A stretch of 55,906 bases of DNA from an uncultured Clostridia bacterium (GTDB taxonomy: Bacteria; Bacillota; Clostridia; Christensenellales; Borkfalkiaceae): assembly GCA_944328905.1 (NCBI GenBank), contig CALVHW010000001.1, positions 1 to 55,906 on the forward strand. The letters run 5' to 3'. A program made the position numbers and the translations under genes. Every line of letters starts with the position of its first letter. The first letter of the stretch is position 1. Positions 38,513 through 47,623 of this stretch are shown piece by piece. The notes beneath the pieces were generated by a model, which made no database searches, was not told where the DNA came from, and saw only the letters and a list, made by a program, of their open reading frames with translations.

Positions 38513-38992
38513 ATGTCAAAATTGCCCGAAGACAGCGTGAATGTTTCCCCTGTTTTTCAAAAAAGAATAAAGGAACTGGTTGCCGACGAAGAATGCGGCA
38601 ACGCAGAATTTGCCGACCGCTGCGGAATAAGCCGAAATATTGTTTCCGCGGCTGTAAATTACGGAATTTTGCCAACAGTGAAAACGCTCGTAAAAATTGC
38701 CGACCATGCAGGCAGATCGTTTGCCTATGTTTTGGGAATGTCCGACGAACCCGCTTTTGAACCGGCGGAAAACCCCGCCTCGTTCCATGAAAGGCTTTTG
38801 CTGTTGATCCGCGAAAACAACATGAGATTTTCGGACGTTACCAATCACCCGAAAGCGACTTTTTCGAGAAATTCCATCCACGTTTGGATAAAGCGCAAAA
38901 ATTTGCCCGCGCTTGAATTTTTGTTACAGTTGGCAGAGATTTTCCGCGTTTCTCCCGACTACCTGCTCGGCAGAACGGACTATAAAAATTAA
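38513..38992 (+). CDS. Tandem XRE-family HTH regulator
   Basis: Two HTH_3-like repeats (FQKRIKEL..LVKIADH..YVLG; FHERL..LQLAEIFRVSPDYLLGRTD). Confidence 0.85.
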   Translation: MSKLPEDSVNVSPVFQKRIKELVADEECGNAEFADRCGISRNIVSAAVNYGILPTVKTLVKIADHAGRSFAYVLGMSDEPAFEPAENPASFHERLLLLIRENNMRFSDVTNHPKATFSRNSIHVWIKRKNLPALEFLLQLAEIFRVSPDYLLGRTDYKN

Positions 38993-39071
38993 AAACAAAA
39001 CGGCGGCGCGCCCACAACGGGCGCGCCGCGCTTTTATTATTTTTGCCGAACGCCGCGCAGATTGCGGTATT

Positions 39072-40001
39072 TTATTTGGATTTCGGCGGCTGTTCCTGTG
39101 CCGGAGGCTCTTCTGCCTGCGGCTGTTCCTGTTCTGCGGAACGTTCTGTTGCCTGCGGTTCCTGCACCTGCGGCTGTTCTGCCGGCGGGTACACCGCAAA
39201 CGCATCGGCGCGGTCGGCGGGGCTTTTCATGAGCAGAAACACAAAGTACACCGCGGCGGCAACGCCGACGGCGGCGGTGAGCAGAATTTCCGGCCACGTC
39301 CACACAGTGGAAAAAGTTGCGTTGCCCAATTCGAAAGCGACGTTGCCGCAGAAATTGAACACGGCGTGCACGAGAGAGCAGCAAACGACTCCCGCGCCGC
39401 GGAACATACAGATGGCGAGCATGGCGCCGATGAGAAAGGAATACCCCACCTGCAAAAATACGCCGGCGGAAAAACCGCCGAGCAGGTTGACCAGGTGCAA
39501 CAGCCCGAACGCGGCGGAAGAGAGTATCACCGCCTGAAAGCGCCCCTTTGTGCCCGTGCCCGTTTTGCCGAGCGCGAAGGGAAAAATGACGCCGCGGAAG
39601 GCAACTTCTTCAAACAATCCCACGCCGACGCATTGGAGCGCGAACGCGGCGATCATGCCGGCGGAGCCGCTTACCTGCACGGCGCCCTCCGCCATACCGA
39701 CGACGGGCAGGTTGTTGACCGCCACCGCCAGCGCGGGCAGCGCCAGAACGAGCGCGAAAAGATCGCCCCGCCGCGGAAAGAGCGTGCCGCGTATCCCCAT
39801 ATGAAAGGCGAGCGCGAGCATGACGCCCGCCATGACGATGCGCAGGATGCCCAGCCCCAAAAATCCCGCCAACTGCTCGTTTTGCGTGAACAGGTCGCCC
39901 AGCCACTGCGTGGGAAAGAACACGAATCCCGCCGCCAGCAGGTACAAAATGGCGCCGCTGGATAAGGGCGTTTTGCGCATATAGAGCATTTTACGCTGCA
40001 T
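39072..40001 (-). CDS. CPBP (CAAX/Abi) intramembrane metalloprotease
   Basis: FEEVAFRG, FGLLH, HAVFN motifs; multiple TM; Q/E/P-rich tail. Confidence 0.88.
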   Translation of the reverse strand: MQRKMLYMRKTPLSSGAILYLLAAGFVFFPTQWLGDLFTQNEQLAGFLGLGILRIVMAGVMLALAFHMGIRGTLFPRRGDLFALVLALPALAVAVNNLPVVGMAEGAVQVSGSAGMIAAFALQCVGVGLFEEVAFRGVIFPFALGKTGTGTKGRFQAVILSSAAFGLLHLVNLLGGFSAGVFLQVGYSFLIGAMLAICMFRGAGVVCCSLVHAVFNFCGNVAFELGNATFSTVWTWPEILLTAAVGVAAAVYFVFLLMKSPADRADAFAVYPPAEQPQVQEPQATERSAEQEQPQAEEPPAQEQPPKSK

Positions 40002-40013
40002 GGCCCGCCCCCG

Positions 40014-40955
40014 TTACCGCAGTTTGCCGAGTTTTTCCAGCACCTCTTCGGCGCCGCGCACGACGTCCTGCACGATCTCGGCGGCCGTTTCTTCGCGGCT
40101 GACCATGCCGGCGATCTGCCCGGCGAGGAAGCAGCCCTCCTCTGCATCGCCCGCCTCCACCGCGCGGCGCAGGCTGCCCACGCCCAACTCTTCCAGCGCC
40201 TCGGCGGAAAAGTTTTCGTCTGCCTCCGCCTTGGCATAGCGGGCGGTGTACGCCGTTTTGATGGCGCGCACGGGGTGCCCCAGCCGCCTGCCCGTGACGA
40301 TGGTGGAAATATCTTTGGCTTCCAGCACTTTTTTCTTGTATTCGGAAGAAACGCGGCACTCCTTTGCCACCAGAAAGCGGGTGCCCATCTGCACGCCGCA
40401 CGCGCCCAGAGCCAAAGCAGCCGCCAGGCCGCGGCCGTCTGCAATGCCGCCCGCCGCCACGACGGGGATGTTCACCGCGTCGACCACCTGCGGCACGAGC
40501 GCCATGGTGGTGAGTTCGCCGATGTGCCCGCCGCTCTCGCAGCCCTCGGCAATGACGGCGTCTGCACCCGCGCGCTCGGCCAGTTTGGCAAACGCCGTGC
40601 TCGCCACGACGGGCAGAACTTTGATGCCCGCCTCTTTCCATATCTTGATATAGCGGCCGGGACTGCCCGCACCCGTGGTGACGACGGGCACCTTTTCTTC
40701 GGCGAGCATGGCGGCGACCTCTTCGACGTGCGGGCTCATGAGCATGACGTTGACGCCGAAAGGCTTATCGGTGAGGGCGCGGCACTTTACGATTTCGCCG
40801 CGCACCCAGTCTGCCCCCGCGTTCATGGCGGAGATGATGCCGAGCCCGCCCGCCTCGGATACGGCGGCGGCCAGAGCGGCGTCTGCGATCCACGCCATGC
40901 CGCCCTGCAATACGGGGTGCTCTATTCTCAAAAGCTGCGTGAGTTTTGTTTGCAT
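40014..40955 (-). CDS. fabK: Enoyl-ACP reductase II
   Basis: QGGMAWIA, AGGLGII, TTGAGSP, EGCESGGHIG, AAGGIADGRG, QMGTRF; next to fabZ. Confidence 0.93.
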   Translation of the reverse strand: MQTKLTQLLRIEHPVLQGGMAWIADAALAAAVSEAGGLGIISAMNAGADWVRGEIVKCRALTDKPFGVNVMLMSPHVEEVAAMLAEEKVPVVTTGAGSPGRYIKIWKEAGIKVLPVVASTAFAKLAERAGADAVIAEGCESGGHIGELTTMALVPQVVDAVNIPVVAAGGIADGRGLAAALALGACGVQMGTRFLVAKECRVSSEYKKKVLEAKDISTIVTGRRLGHPVRAIKTAYTARYAKAEADENFSAEALEELGVGSLRRAVEAGDAEEGCFLAGQIAGMVSREETAAEIVQDVVRGAEEVLEKLGKLR

Positions 40956-40987
40956 CTTGTTTTCCTCCGATAAACGGAACGCGGCCG

Positions 40988-41425
40988 CTAATTGGCCGCG
41001 TTTTTGTCTTTTACGGAAACGAGCGCGAAGGAAAATTCCGCCTTCGTGCACACTTTGCCGTTTGCTTCCAGCGTTCCCTGCGCAAAGTAAAAGATACCCT
41101 TGCGCGCTTTGAGCGTTACCCGCGTGATCGCGGTTTCGCCCGGCAGGAGCGGATGCTTGAATTTTACGTTGTTCATGCCCGTATAGTAGGGCATTTTGCC
41201 CTTTTCTTCCTCAGGCACGAGCAAAACGGCCGTCTGCGCGATCATTTCGCACTGAATGACGCCCGGAACGATGGGAAAACCGGGAAAATGCCCCTGCAAA
41301 AAGAATTCGTCGCCGCGCACGGTGTATTTGCCAACGGCCTCGCCGTTTTCACCCTTCGTAACTTCATCCAAAAGCAGCATCGGCTCCCTGTGCGGAAGCA
41401 GAGCTTTAATTTCTTCTCTGTTCAT
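40988..41425 (-). CDS. fabZ: 3-hydroxyacyl-ACP dehydratase
   Basis: LPHREPMLLLD, GHFPGFPIVPGVIQCEMIAQ. Confidence 0.94.
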   Translation of the reverse strand: MNREEIKALLPHREPMLLLDEVTKGENGEAVGKYTVRGDEFFLQGHFPGFPIVPGVIQCEMIAQTAVLLVPEEEKGKMPYYTGMNNVKFKHPLLPGETAITRVTLKARKGIFYFAQGTLEANGKVCTKAEFSFALVSVKDKNAAN

Positions 41426-41458
41426 ATCTGCGCCCCTCGCACGATTGTCAGCCTAATT

Positions 41459-41487
41459 ATTATATCAAATCGCAATAGAACCGTCAA
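41459..41487 (-). promoter_or_regulatory. SigmaA promoter of fabZ-fabK
   Basis: TTGACG-17 bp-(TGa)TATAAT. Confidence 0.78.
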
Positions 41488-41547
41488 GCCGGGCGGCGGG
41501 CTTTCGGCAAAAGTTGTAAACTATTTCACAAAGATTTCATCGCACGT

Positions 41548-41967
41548 TTAACTCACCGGCCCGGACGCAGCGGCGTCTTCGGGAAACAGCGTACCCGAAA
41601 CGACGGGCAGCACGATGGGGGCCGACAGTGCCGACGTGGTGAGCGTTGTTACCGCCGCGCGCAGATACGGATACAGCAGCGCGGTGGCGGCGATCACCGC
41701 CTCGCGCGGGGCCTGCCCTTCTTCGGGAACGGGTATATCGAATACGCCCGTCATGGTAACGCATACGGAAAACGGGGTGGGACGTTCGGGCGTGCCCTCG
41801 ATCTTTACGGTGAGCGTTACGAACATACGGCCTTTGTTTTCGACGGCGTGCCGCACCTGGCGCGAAAATGTGGGACTCAGCTGTACTTTTTCCGCCCCGG
41901 CACGAACACTGCCCAGTTTGTAGGTGAGTTCGTCCGCACGGATCCCTATGAGTTTTATATTGTCCAT
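41548..41967 (-). CDS. SecB-like chaperone
   Basis: Beta-strand pattern plus ATALLYPYLRAAVTTLT...PIVLP, resembling SecB ILFPYxR; GGAGG RBS; own TTGACG-18-TATAAT promoter (42015-42044). Confidence 0.75.
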   Translation of the reverse strand: MDNIKLIGIRADELTYKLGSVRAGAEKVQLSPTFSRQVRHAVENKGRMFVTLTVKIEGTPERPTPFSVCVTMTGVFDIPVPEEGQAPREAVIAATALLYPYLRAAVTTLTTSALSAPIVLPVVSGTLFPEDAAASGPVS

Positions 41968-42140
41968 GTTCCCTCCGCAGCGGCGCACCGCGCCGCCTTT
42001 TGATTTCTTCCTTAATTATACTAAATTTATATGCGTAACGTCAATGATTCCGGCACGTTTGACGGACTTTTTGCCGACAGAATCGCCCGTTTGCAAAAAA
42101 CAGCCGGCCGCCGCTGTAAAACAGCCTGAAAAAACCAACC

Positions 42141-42180
42141 GCACACAAAAAACCCGCCGGATGGCGGGTTTTTTGTGTGC
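42141..42180. terminator. Intrinsic terminator after ypeB
   Basis: GCACACAAAAAACCCGCC/GGCGGGTTTTTTGTGTGC. Confidence 0.85.
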
Positions 42181-42188
42181 GTGACCGA

Positions 42189-43892
42189 TCAGACGACGGC
42201 CATGCCCCTGTCTGTATTGGAAACGGTGTAGACGCGCAGCGTGTCGCCGGTGGACGCGTCTACGAAGGCGATATACATTCTGCCGCCGTATTCGCCGCGG
42301 ATCTCCCAGCAGAGCACGTCCTTTCCGCCCTCGGGCAGCAGCGCCGGGCGCACGCCGTGCAATTCGTCCATGCGTTCGCGCGCGTTGCGCTCCACTTTGG
42401 CTTTGGAAAGCGCAGGCTCGCCGACCGTGCGGCTGTGATGATTGATAAGGTAAGGATGCGCCTCTACGCCCGTAACAATGCCGCGCTCGGTGCAAACCTT
42501 TACTTTGATGCGGTCTGCATACACGACCGCGCCGCCCTGCATACAGGCGAAATCGACCGTGCACTCGCTGCCCGCCTCGCTCAACCACACGGGGCGAAGT
42601 TCTTCGTACCCGCATTTGGCGAGAAATTTTTCGGCGATCTTCACGCAGTTGCGCGCATCGTAGTTGTGCCGATCGCACGGCTCGTAACTTTCGAAGAAGG
42701 CGAGTTTGCCGCCCTTTTCGGTGATCTGGGCAAAATAGCTGCGCCCCTGCGCGTCGGAAAACTCGAAGTTATAGCACACGAGTCCCCTGTTCTCCGTTTT
42801 GCCGGCGGCGCGCATCTCTTTGGGAGCATAGTCTTTGAAAATTTCGCCCGCGCGCTGTGCCGCCTCGCTCTCGGAGATCGCCGCCTCGCCTTGGAGCGCC
42901 TCGCCCGCAATTTTTTCATCCGCAAAGCCCTTTGCGTTTTCGGGCACTTCGGCAAGGCTGCCCGCCATCTCTTCGAACTTTTGGCTGAAATCGCCCTGCG
43001 AGAGCATCATCTTATCGAGCACGCCGCTCTGCGCGCTCTCGACGAGCCCGGGCATCGCCGCGCGGATCTGCCCGATGCAGGTGTACATATATTCGACCGC
43101 TTCCCGCTCCTCTGCCGTGAGAGTCTGCCCTGCATTTGTCTTGCGCAGAAGTGCGCGCGAATACTCACCCGTACGATTGAGGAATGCCGTAATGCTTTCG
43201 GCGGCATGGCCGTCTACGGGGAAGTGCTCCACGCACAGTTCGGCGAGCTCGCTGTCTACCAGGATATCGGTGAGCACGCGGCGCATTTCACCGCCGGAGG
43301 CGACGCGCGCCTTGGCGAGTTCCGCATCCATGCGTTCGACGATTTCGGAAAACTCGTACACGGATGCACGGTAACCCGTTTCCACCATCGAGCGCGTTTG
43401 CGTGAGGTCGAAGTACCCCACGGTGACGATGGCACCCAGCGCGAGCACCGCCACCGACAGCGATACGACCGCCGCCAGCCAGCCGCCGAAACCCGGCGCG
43501 TGCTGTTTTTTGCTCTCTGCGCGCTTTGCTTTGCGCGCGGCGCGTTCTTCGCGGCGGTGCCGGCGCGCCTCGGCGGCGTGCGCTTCCCTCGCGCGCTGCT
43601 GCTCCTGTTTGCGCAGGGCGCGTTCTTCTTTTTCTTTCTTTTTGGCTTCCGCCGCCGCTACGCGGCTGCGGGCGCACTCGTTTTCGCGCTCGATCTTTTC
43701 CGCCATCGCCTTTTCGTGTGCGGCTTTGTTTTCGGCGCGGTTTGCCTTTTTGACCGACTGCGCCTTCCCTGCGCCGCCGCCTGCCGCGGCCGCCTGCAAT
43801 TCTTCGCGCTCGCGGCCGTTTGCCGCGCCCGCCTCGCCGCGCGCGATCTTTTCCACCTTTTCCGCGCCGCGGGAAATATTTTTTTCTTTCAT
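42189..43892 (-). CDS. ypeB: Spore germination protein YpeB (with long charged N-terminal extension)
   Basis: TM anchor, FLNRTGEYS, PepSY-like C-terminus (LCWEIRG..Y..FVDASTG); own RBS AGGAGG; follows sleB. Confidence 0.85.
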   Translation of the reverse strand: MKEKNISRGAEKVEKIARGEAGAANGREREELQAAAAGGGAGKAQSVKKANRAENKAAHEKAMAEKIERENECARSRVAAAEAKKKEKEERALRKQEQQRAREAHAAEARRHRREERAARKAKRAESKKQHAPGFGGWLAAVVSLSVAVLALGAIVTVGYFDLTQTRSMVETGYRASVYEFSEIVERMDAELAKARVASGGEMRRVLTDILVDSELAELCVEHFPVDGHAAESITAFLNRTGEYSRALLRKTNAGQTLTAEEREAVEYMYTCIGQIRAAMPGLVESAQSGVLDKMMLSQGDFSQKFEEMAGSLAEVPENAKGFADEKIAGEALQGEAAISESEAAQRAGEIFKDYAPKEMRAAGKTENRGLVCYNFEFSDAQGRSYFAQITEKGGKLAFFESYEPCDRHNYDARNCVKIAEKFLAKCGYEELRPVWLSEAGSECTVDFACMQGGAVVYADRIKVKVCTERGIVTGVEAHPYLINHHSRTVGEPALSKAKVERNARERMDELHGVRPALLPEGGKDVLCWEIRGEYGGRMYIAFVDASTGDTLRVYTVSNTDRGMAVV

Positions 43893-44639
43893 TTTCTTCC
43901 CCCCTCCTTCAATGGCAAACACGTGCTTGCCGATGGTGATCACCGTTTCGCGCGAAAAGATCCACTCGCTGGTCGCCGTGACGGGGTTGTAATAATACAG
44001 GCACCCGCCCGTGGGATCCCAGCCGTTCATCGCGTCTTTGGCGGCGTTGATCGCCGTCTGATCGGGCGTGAGGTTGATCTGCCCGTCGGAAACGGCGGTG
44101 AACGCGTGACGCTGGTAAATGACGCCCGCGATGGTGTTGGGGAATTGGGGACTGCGCACGCGGTTTAAAACCACCGCGCCGACCGCCACCTGACCGGTAT
44201 AGCTTTCGCCGCGCGCTTCGCCGTAGATGCAGCGCGCGAGAAGATAGGTGTCTGCATTGGTATAGCCGCTTTGCGAAGGCTGCGATGAATTGCCCTGCCC
44301 CGCCTGCTCCATCATGCCCAGCGCCGCAAAGGTGGCTTTGCCGACGATTCCGTCTGCCTTCAGCCCGTTTTTGCGCTGAAAATATTCGACCGCCTTTTTG
44401 GTTTGGGGGCCGTAAATGCCGTCTACGCTGCCCGAATAATAGCCCCAGCGTTTGAGTTTTTCCTGCACTGTTTTCACGTCTTGCCCGCGGCTGCCCTGTT
44501 TGAGCACCGCCGCATCGACGCACTGCGCATACGCGGCCGAATCGCCGCGGGCAGCCGTTTGCATGGTGAACAGCACCGCCGCCGCGAGAACGGCGACCAG
44601 GGCGAGCGCTAAAGCGCTGACTCGAATAATCTTGTTCAT
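43893..44639 (-). CDS. sleB: Spore cortex-lytic enzyme SleB (no stop codon; reads in frame into ypeB)
   Basis: Signal peptide, PG-binding domain (DGIYGPQT..FQRKNGLKADGIVG), Hydrolase_2 (YGEARGESYTGQVAVGAVVLNRV, GWDPTGG, IGKHVF). Confidence 0.93.
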
Positions 44640-44688
44640 TGTTCCTCCTCTTCTTAACATGAAATGGCGCGAAGAGGGGAAACTGCCC

Positions 44689-45219
44689 TCAATCCGCAAA
44701 AAAATTCTGCACGATCTCCCACAGGCGGGAGCGGTAGCGGATGTTTTCACCCGTCGCCTCGCCGGAAAAGCAGAGGGGCGGATAGATCACGCACCACCAG
44801 TTCGCGCCGGCGCCACCGCCCAGTTCGACGATGAGCGCGTCGTACACGCCCGCCTCGAGCGTGACGTTTTCGTATACGCGGGTGGGAAATTTTTCCCGGC
44901 GCAGCTGGGCGCGCGCGGTATACGAAAAGCCGTTTTCGGCGAGCACTTCGTTTGCGACCGCCTCGATGCTTTCGAGAACGCCCGCGAGCATCTCCATCGC
45001 CTCCCCTTTACTCTCGCATTGCGCGGCGAGGGGGATGAGATACTCCACCACGGCGTCTTTGACCTCGTATTTGACGGCCTGGTCGGCCGCCGAATCGGAC
45101 GCGGCGCGCACGTGCATACGCAGAAACTCCGTCTGCGTGCCGCCCGCGCTTTGCGCCGTAAAGACGGCCGTCAGAATTATTATGAATAGGAATCCGAAAA
45201 CTATGCAGTATTTTTTCAT
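44689..45219 (-). CDS. spoIIR: Stage II sporulation protein R
   Basis: LRMHVRAASDS..DQAVK, FPTRVY...AGVYDAL..LGGGAGANWWCVIYPPLCF. Confidence 0.95.
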   Translation of the reverse strand: MKKYCIVFGFLFIIILTAVFTAQSAGGTQTEFLRMHVRAASDSAADQAVKYEVKDAVVEYLIPLAAQCESKGEAMEMLAGVLESIEAVANEVLAENGFSYTARAQLRREKFPTRVYENVTLEAGVYDALIVELGGGAGANWWCVIYPPLCFSGEATGENIRYRSRLWEIVQNFFAD

Positions 45220-45252
45220 GGCTGCGATCTCCCTGTGCAAGTTTGCCCTTCG

Positions 45253-45281
45253 TTTATGGCCCGCATTGAAAAAATTTATAC
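45253..45281 (-). promoter_or_regulatory. SigmaF-type promoter of spoIIR
   Basis: GTATA-15 bp-GGCCATAAA vs consensus GYATA-15-GGnnAnAHT. Confidence 0.5.
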
Positions 45282-45531
45282 GTTAACGAAAAAAAAGCGC
45301 GGCCGCTCCGCGCCTTTTTATAAAAATACCCCGCGGCGGGCGGAGCGGCGAACATTTATGCACGCGCGGCGGGAGGAGCGGCACGGCCCCTTGTTTTTAT
45401 TTTTACGCGAAGCGAACCACCGACACGCAGCGGCATAAAACGCCGGCGGCGCGAGGTGCCCGCGCCGCCGTTTTGCAGATTTCAAAATAAAAACCGCCTT
45501 CCCGCAAGGGAAAGCGGCTGCCTGTTCGGCT

Positions 45532-46425
45532 TTACTTTGTCATATCTTCCACGATGGAAAGGATGAGCTCCTCTTCTTCGGCGCAGATGCGCGCCTTTTC
45601 GCCCGCTTCCGTAGTGCCTGCGCGCAGATTTTTCGTGCGCGCGATGCGCGCGTGCACCAGGCGCTTGCCGAATACGACCGCCGGCACGAACAGCCCCAGC
45701 GCGGCGGCGAAACTGACGATGGAGAGCGCCAAAAAGGTGTTGCCCTCGTAATCGTAAACCAAACTTGCAAACACGCAGCCTGCCGCGATAAACGCGGCAA
45801 ACAGGATAACAAAGCAGGCAAACAGCGCGGCCGCTTTTTTGCAGGAGGCGATCACGGCGGGGCGTTCCTCTTCGCGCCGGCGGGTATCCTCTTCGGAAAA
45901 GCGCTGCTGCTCCCCGGCAAGATGCGCCGCGCGCTCGCGCAGGCCGGATTCATATTTTTCGGCAAGAGCGCGGCGGTCTTCGGCCGTCATGCGGCGGAAG
46001 GCCTTGTCGTACGCCTGCTCACAGTCGTATATCCCGGAAAAATCGGTGAGGTCTTTGGTCTGCACGCGCACCACGCCGAACCAGGCGCGCCAGTCGCCGC
46101 CGTAGAGGGAGGCGCTGTCTAAAAACTTTTCGCCGGCGCCGTCAAGATCGCCCTGCTGAAACAGCTTTTCCGCTTCCTCGTAGGTCTGCTGCGCCAATGC
46201 CCTGCGCCCCGCGCGCTCGCGTTCGCGCTCTTCGCTGCGGCGCACCAGTTCTTCGTCGGATACCGCCCCGCCCTCGTTCTCTTCGCCGAACCCTTTGAAA
46301 TCGGGTACGTCGATGACGATGTCGTTTTCGGAAAAAGTTTCCGCCCCTTCTTCGGGAAGTACCTGCGTGTTTTTTCTGATCTTGATCTTTCCGTCGTCGT
46401 CGAGTTCGAGATTACGCTCTTCCAT
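45532..46425 (-). CDS. Hypothetical membrane protein with TPR-like region and two C-terminal TM helices
   Basis: Acidic N-terminus, YEEAEKLFQQGDLDGAGEKF..WRAWFG, two hydrophobic helices; AAGGAG RBS. Confidence 0.75.
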   Translation of the reverse strand: MEERNLELDDDGKIKIRKNTQVLPEEGAETFSENDIVIDVPDFKGFGEENEGGAVSDEELVRRSEERERERAGRRALAQQTYEEAEKLFQQGDLDGAGEKFLDSASLYGGDWRAWFGVVRVQTKDLTDFSGIYDCEQAYDKAFRRMTAEDRRALAEKYESGLRERAAHLAGEQQRFSEEDTRRREEERPAVIASCKKAAALFACFVILFAAFIAAGCVFASLVYDYEGNTFLALSIVSFAAALGLFVPAVVFGKRLVHARIARTKNLRAGTTEAGEKARICAEEEELILSIVEDMTK

Positions 46426-46461
46426 GTTTTACTCCTTTTTCTTATCCGGCCGGCGCAGCCT

Positions 46462-47346
46462 TTACAGTGCAAACGGATTGCGCAGACTCATTTTCGCCGC
46501 CGGTTTTGCCGCCACGACGCGCGTGCGGAACTTGCCGCGGTAGCGCGATTTTGCCCAGCGGCACAGTTCTTCGCTTTCAAACAGTGCGAACACGGCGCTA
46601 CCCGAACCGGATACGCCGTACGCCGACGGCGAAAAAGCCGCCGCCTGTGCGAGCGCTTCCGCCACGTCCGCATTGAGGCGGCAGGCAGGCGCGGCCAGCG
46701 CATTGTATACGTTTTGCGCCACGCCGGCAAAATCGCCCGCCGCAAGCGCCTCGGCCAGCCGCGCGCTGTCTGTTCGCGGCGCATCGGGCGCGGCATCGTA
46801 TTCGCGGTAACATTCCCCCGCCGAAACGGACGTGGGCGGCAGGATGAGCAGCATATGCAGCGGCATCCCCGCGAGCGGCTCTACGCGCTCGCCCCTGCCG
46901 GAAATGCGGGCAAACCCGCCGCCGAGCATATAGCCGGTATCGCTGCCGAGAGAATCGGCGATGGCTTTGAGGGCGGCGCGGTCGGTCACCTTGTACATCT
47001 TTGCCAGCGCGTTGAGCACGCCGGCGGCATCGGCAGAAGAGCCGCCAAGCCCCGCGCCGATGGGAATATCTTTGTAAATTTCAATATCGGCCCCGCGCGT
47101 GCCGAAAGCCGCCGCGAACGCCTCGCCCGCCTTTACGGCGTTGTTCTTTTCGGGCGGGATGCTTTCGCTGCCCATGCCGTGCATATACACGTTTATCAGC
47201 GAATCCCGGCGCGGTTTTGCCCGCACGGTATCGCAGACGTCGATGGGAACGACCACGCTGTCGATGAGATGATACCCGCCCGCAGTACCGTTTATGTTGA
47301 GCGAAAGGTTCACCTTTGCATAACTTTTTACTTTCGTTGCGAACAC
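46462..47346 (-). CDS. ispE: 4-diphosphocytidyl-2-C-methyl-D-erythritol kinase
   Basis: YAKVNLSL, KDIPIGAGLGGSSADAA, GSD, VSGSGSAVF. Confidence 0.94.
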   Translation of the reverse strand: MFATKVKSYAKVNLSLNINGTAGGYHLIDSVVVPIDVCDTVRAKPRRDSLINVYMHGMGSESIPPEKNNAVKAGEAFAAAFGTRGADIEIYKDIPIGAGLGGSSADAAGVLNALAKMYKVTDRAALKAIADSLGSDTGYMLGGGFARISGRGERVEPLAGMPLHMLLILPPTSVSAGECYREYDAAPDAPRTDSARLAEALAAGDFAGVAQNVYNALAAPACRLNADVAEALAQAAAFSPSAYGVSGSGSAVFALFESEELCRWAKSRYRGKFRTRVVAAKPAAKMSLRNPFAL

Positions 47347-47623
47347 GGGAGCATCTCCTTTTATCTATTATACCACAATGGCGGATAAATTGTAAACATC
47401 TGCGCAAGAATTTGTGCGATTTACACACAATTTTAACAAAAAAGGGCGATTTTTCCGCTCTTTGCGGCCGAAAAGCTCCCCCGGGCGCGCGCTGAAAAGA
47501 TTTGCCCGCACCGTTTGCGCAGAAAAACGGCCGAAAACCGCCCCTCCGCTCCCCCGACAAAGCCGCCGCAACGGCAAAAGCCCTCCCGCTTGCGGGAGGG
47601 CCGGCAGATGTTTGATTTTTGTT

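Noticed and set aside
38059-38992. Prophage immunity region
   Set aside because: No integrase, replication or structural phage genes and no att-like repeats were seen nearby.
42177-44168. 663-aa plus-strand ORF
   Set aside because: Antisense shadow of sleB/ypeB.
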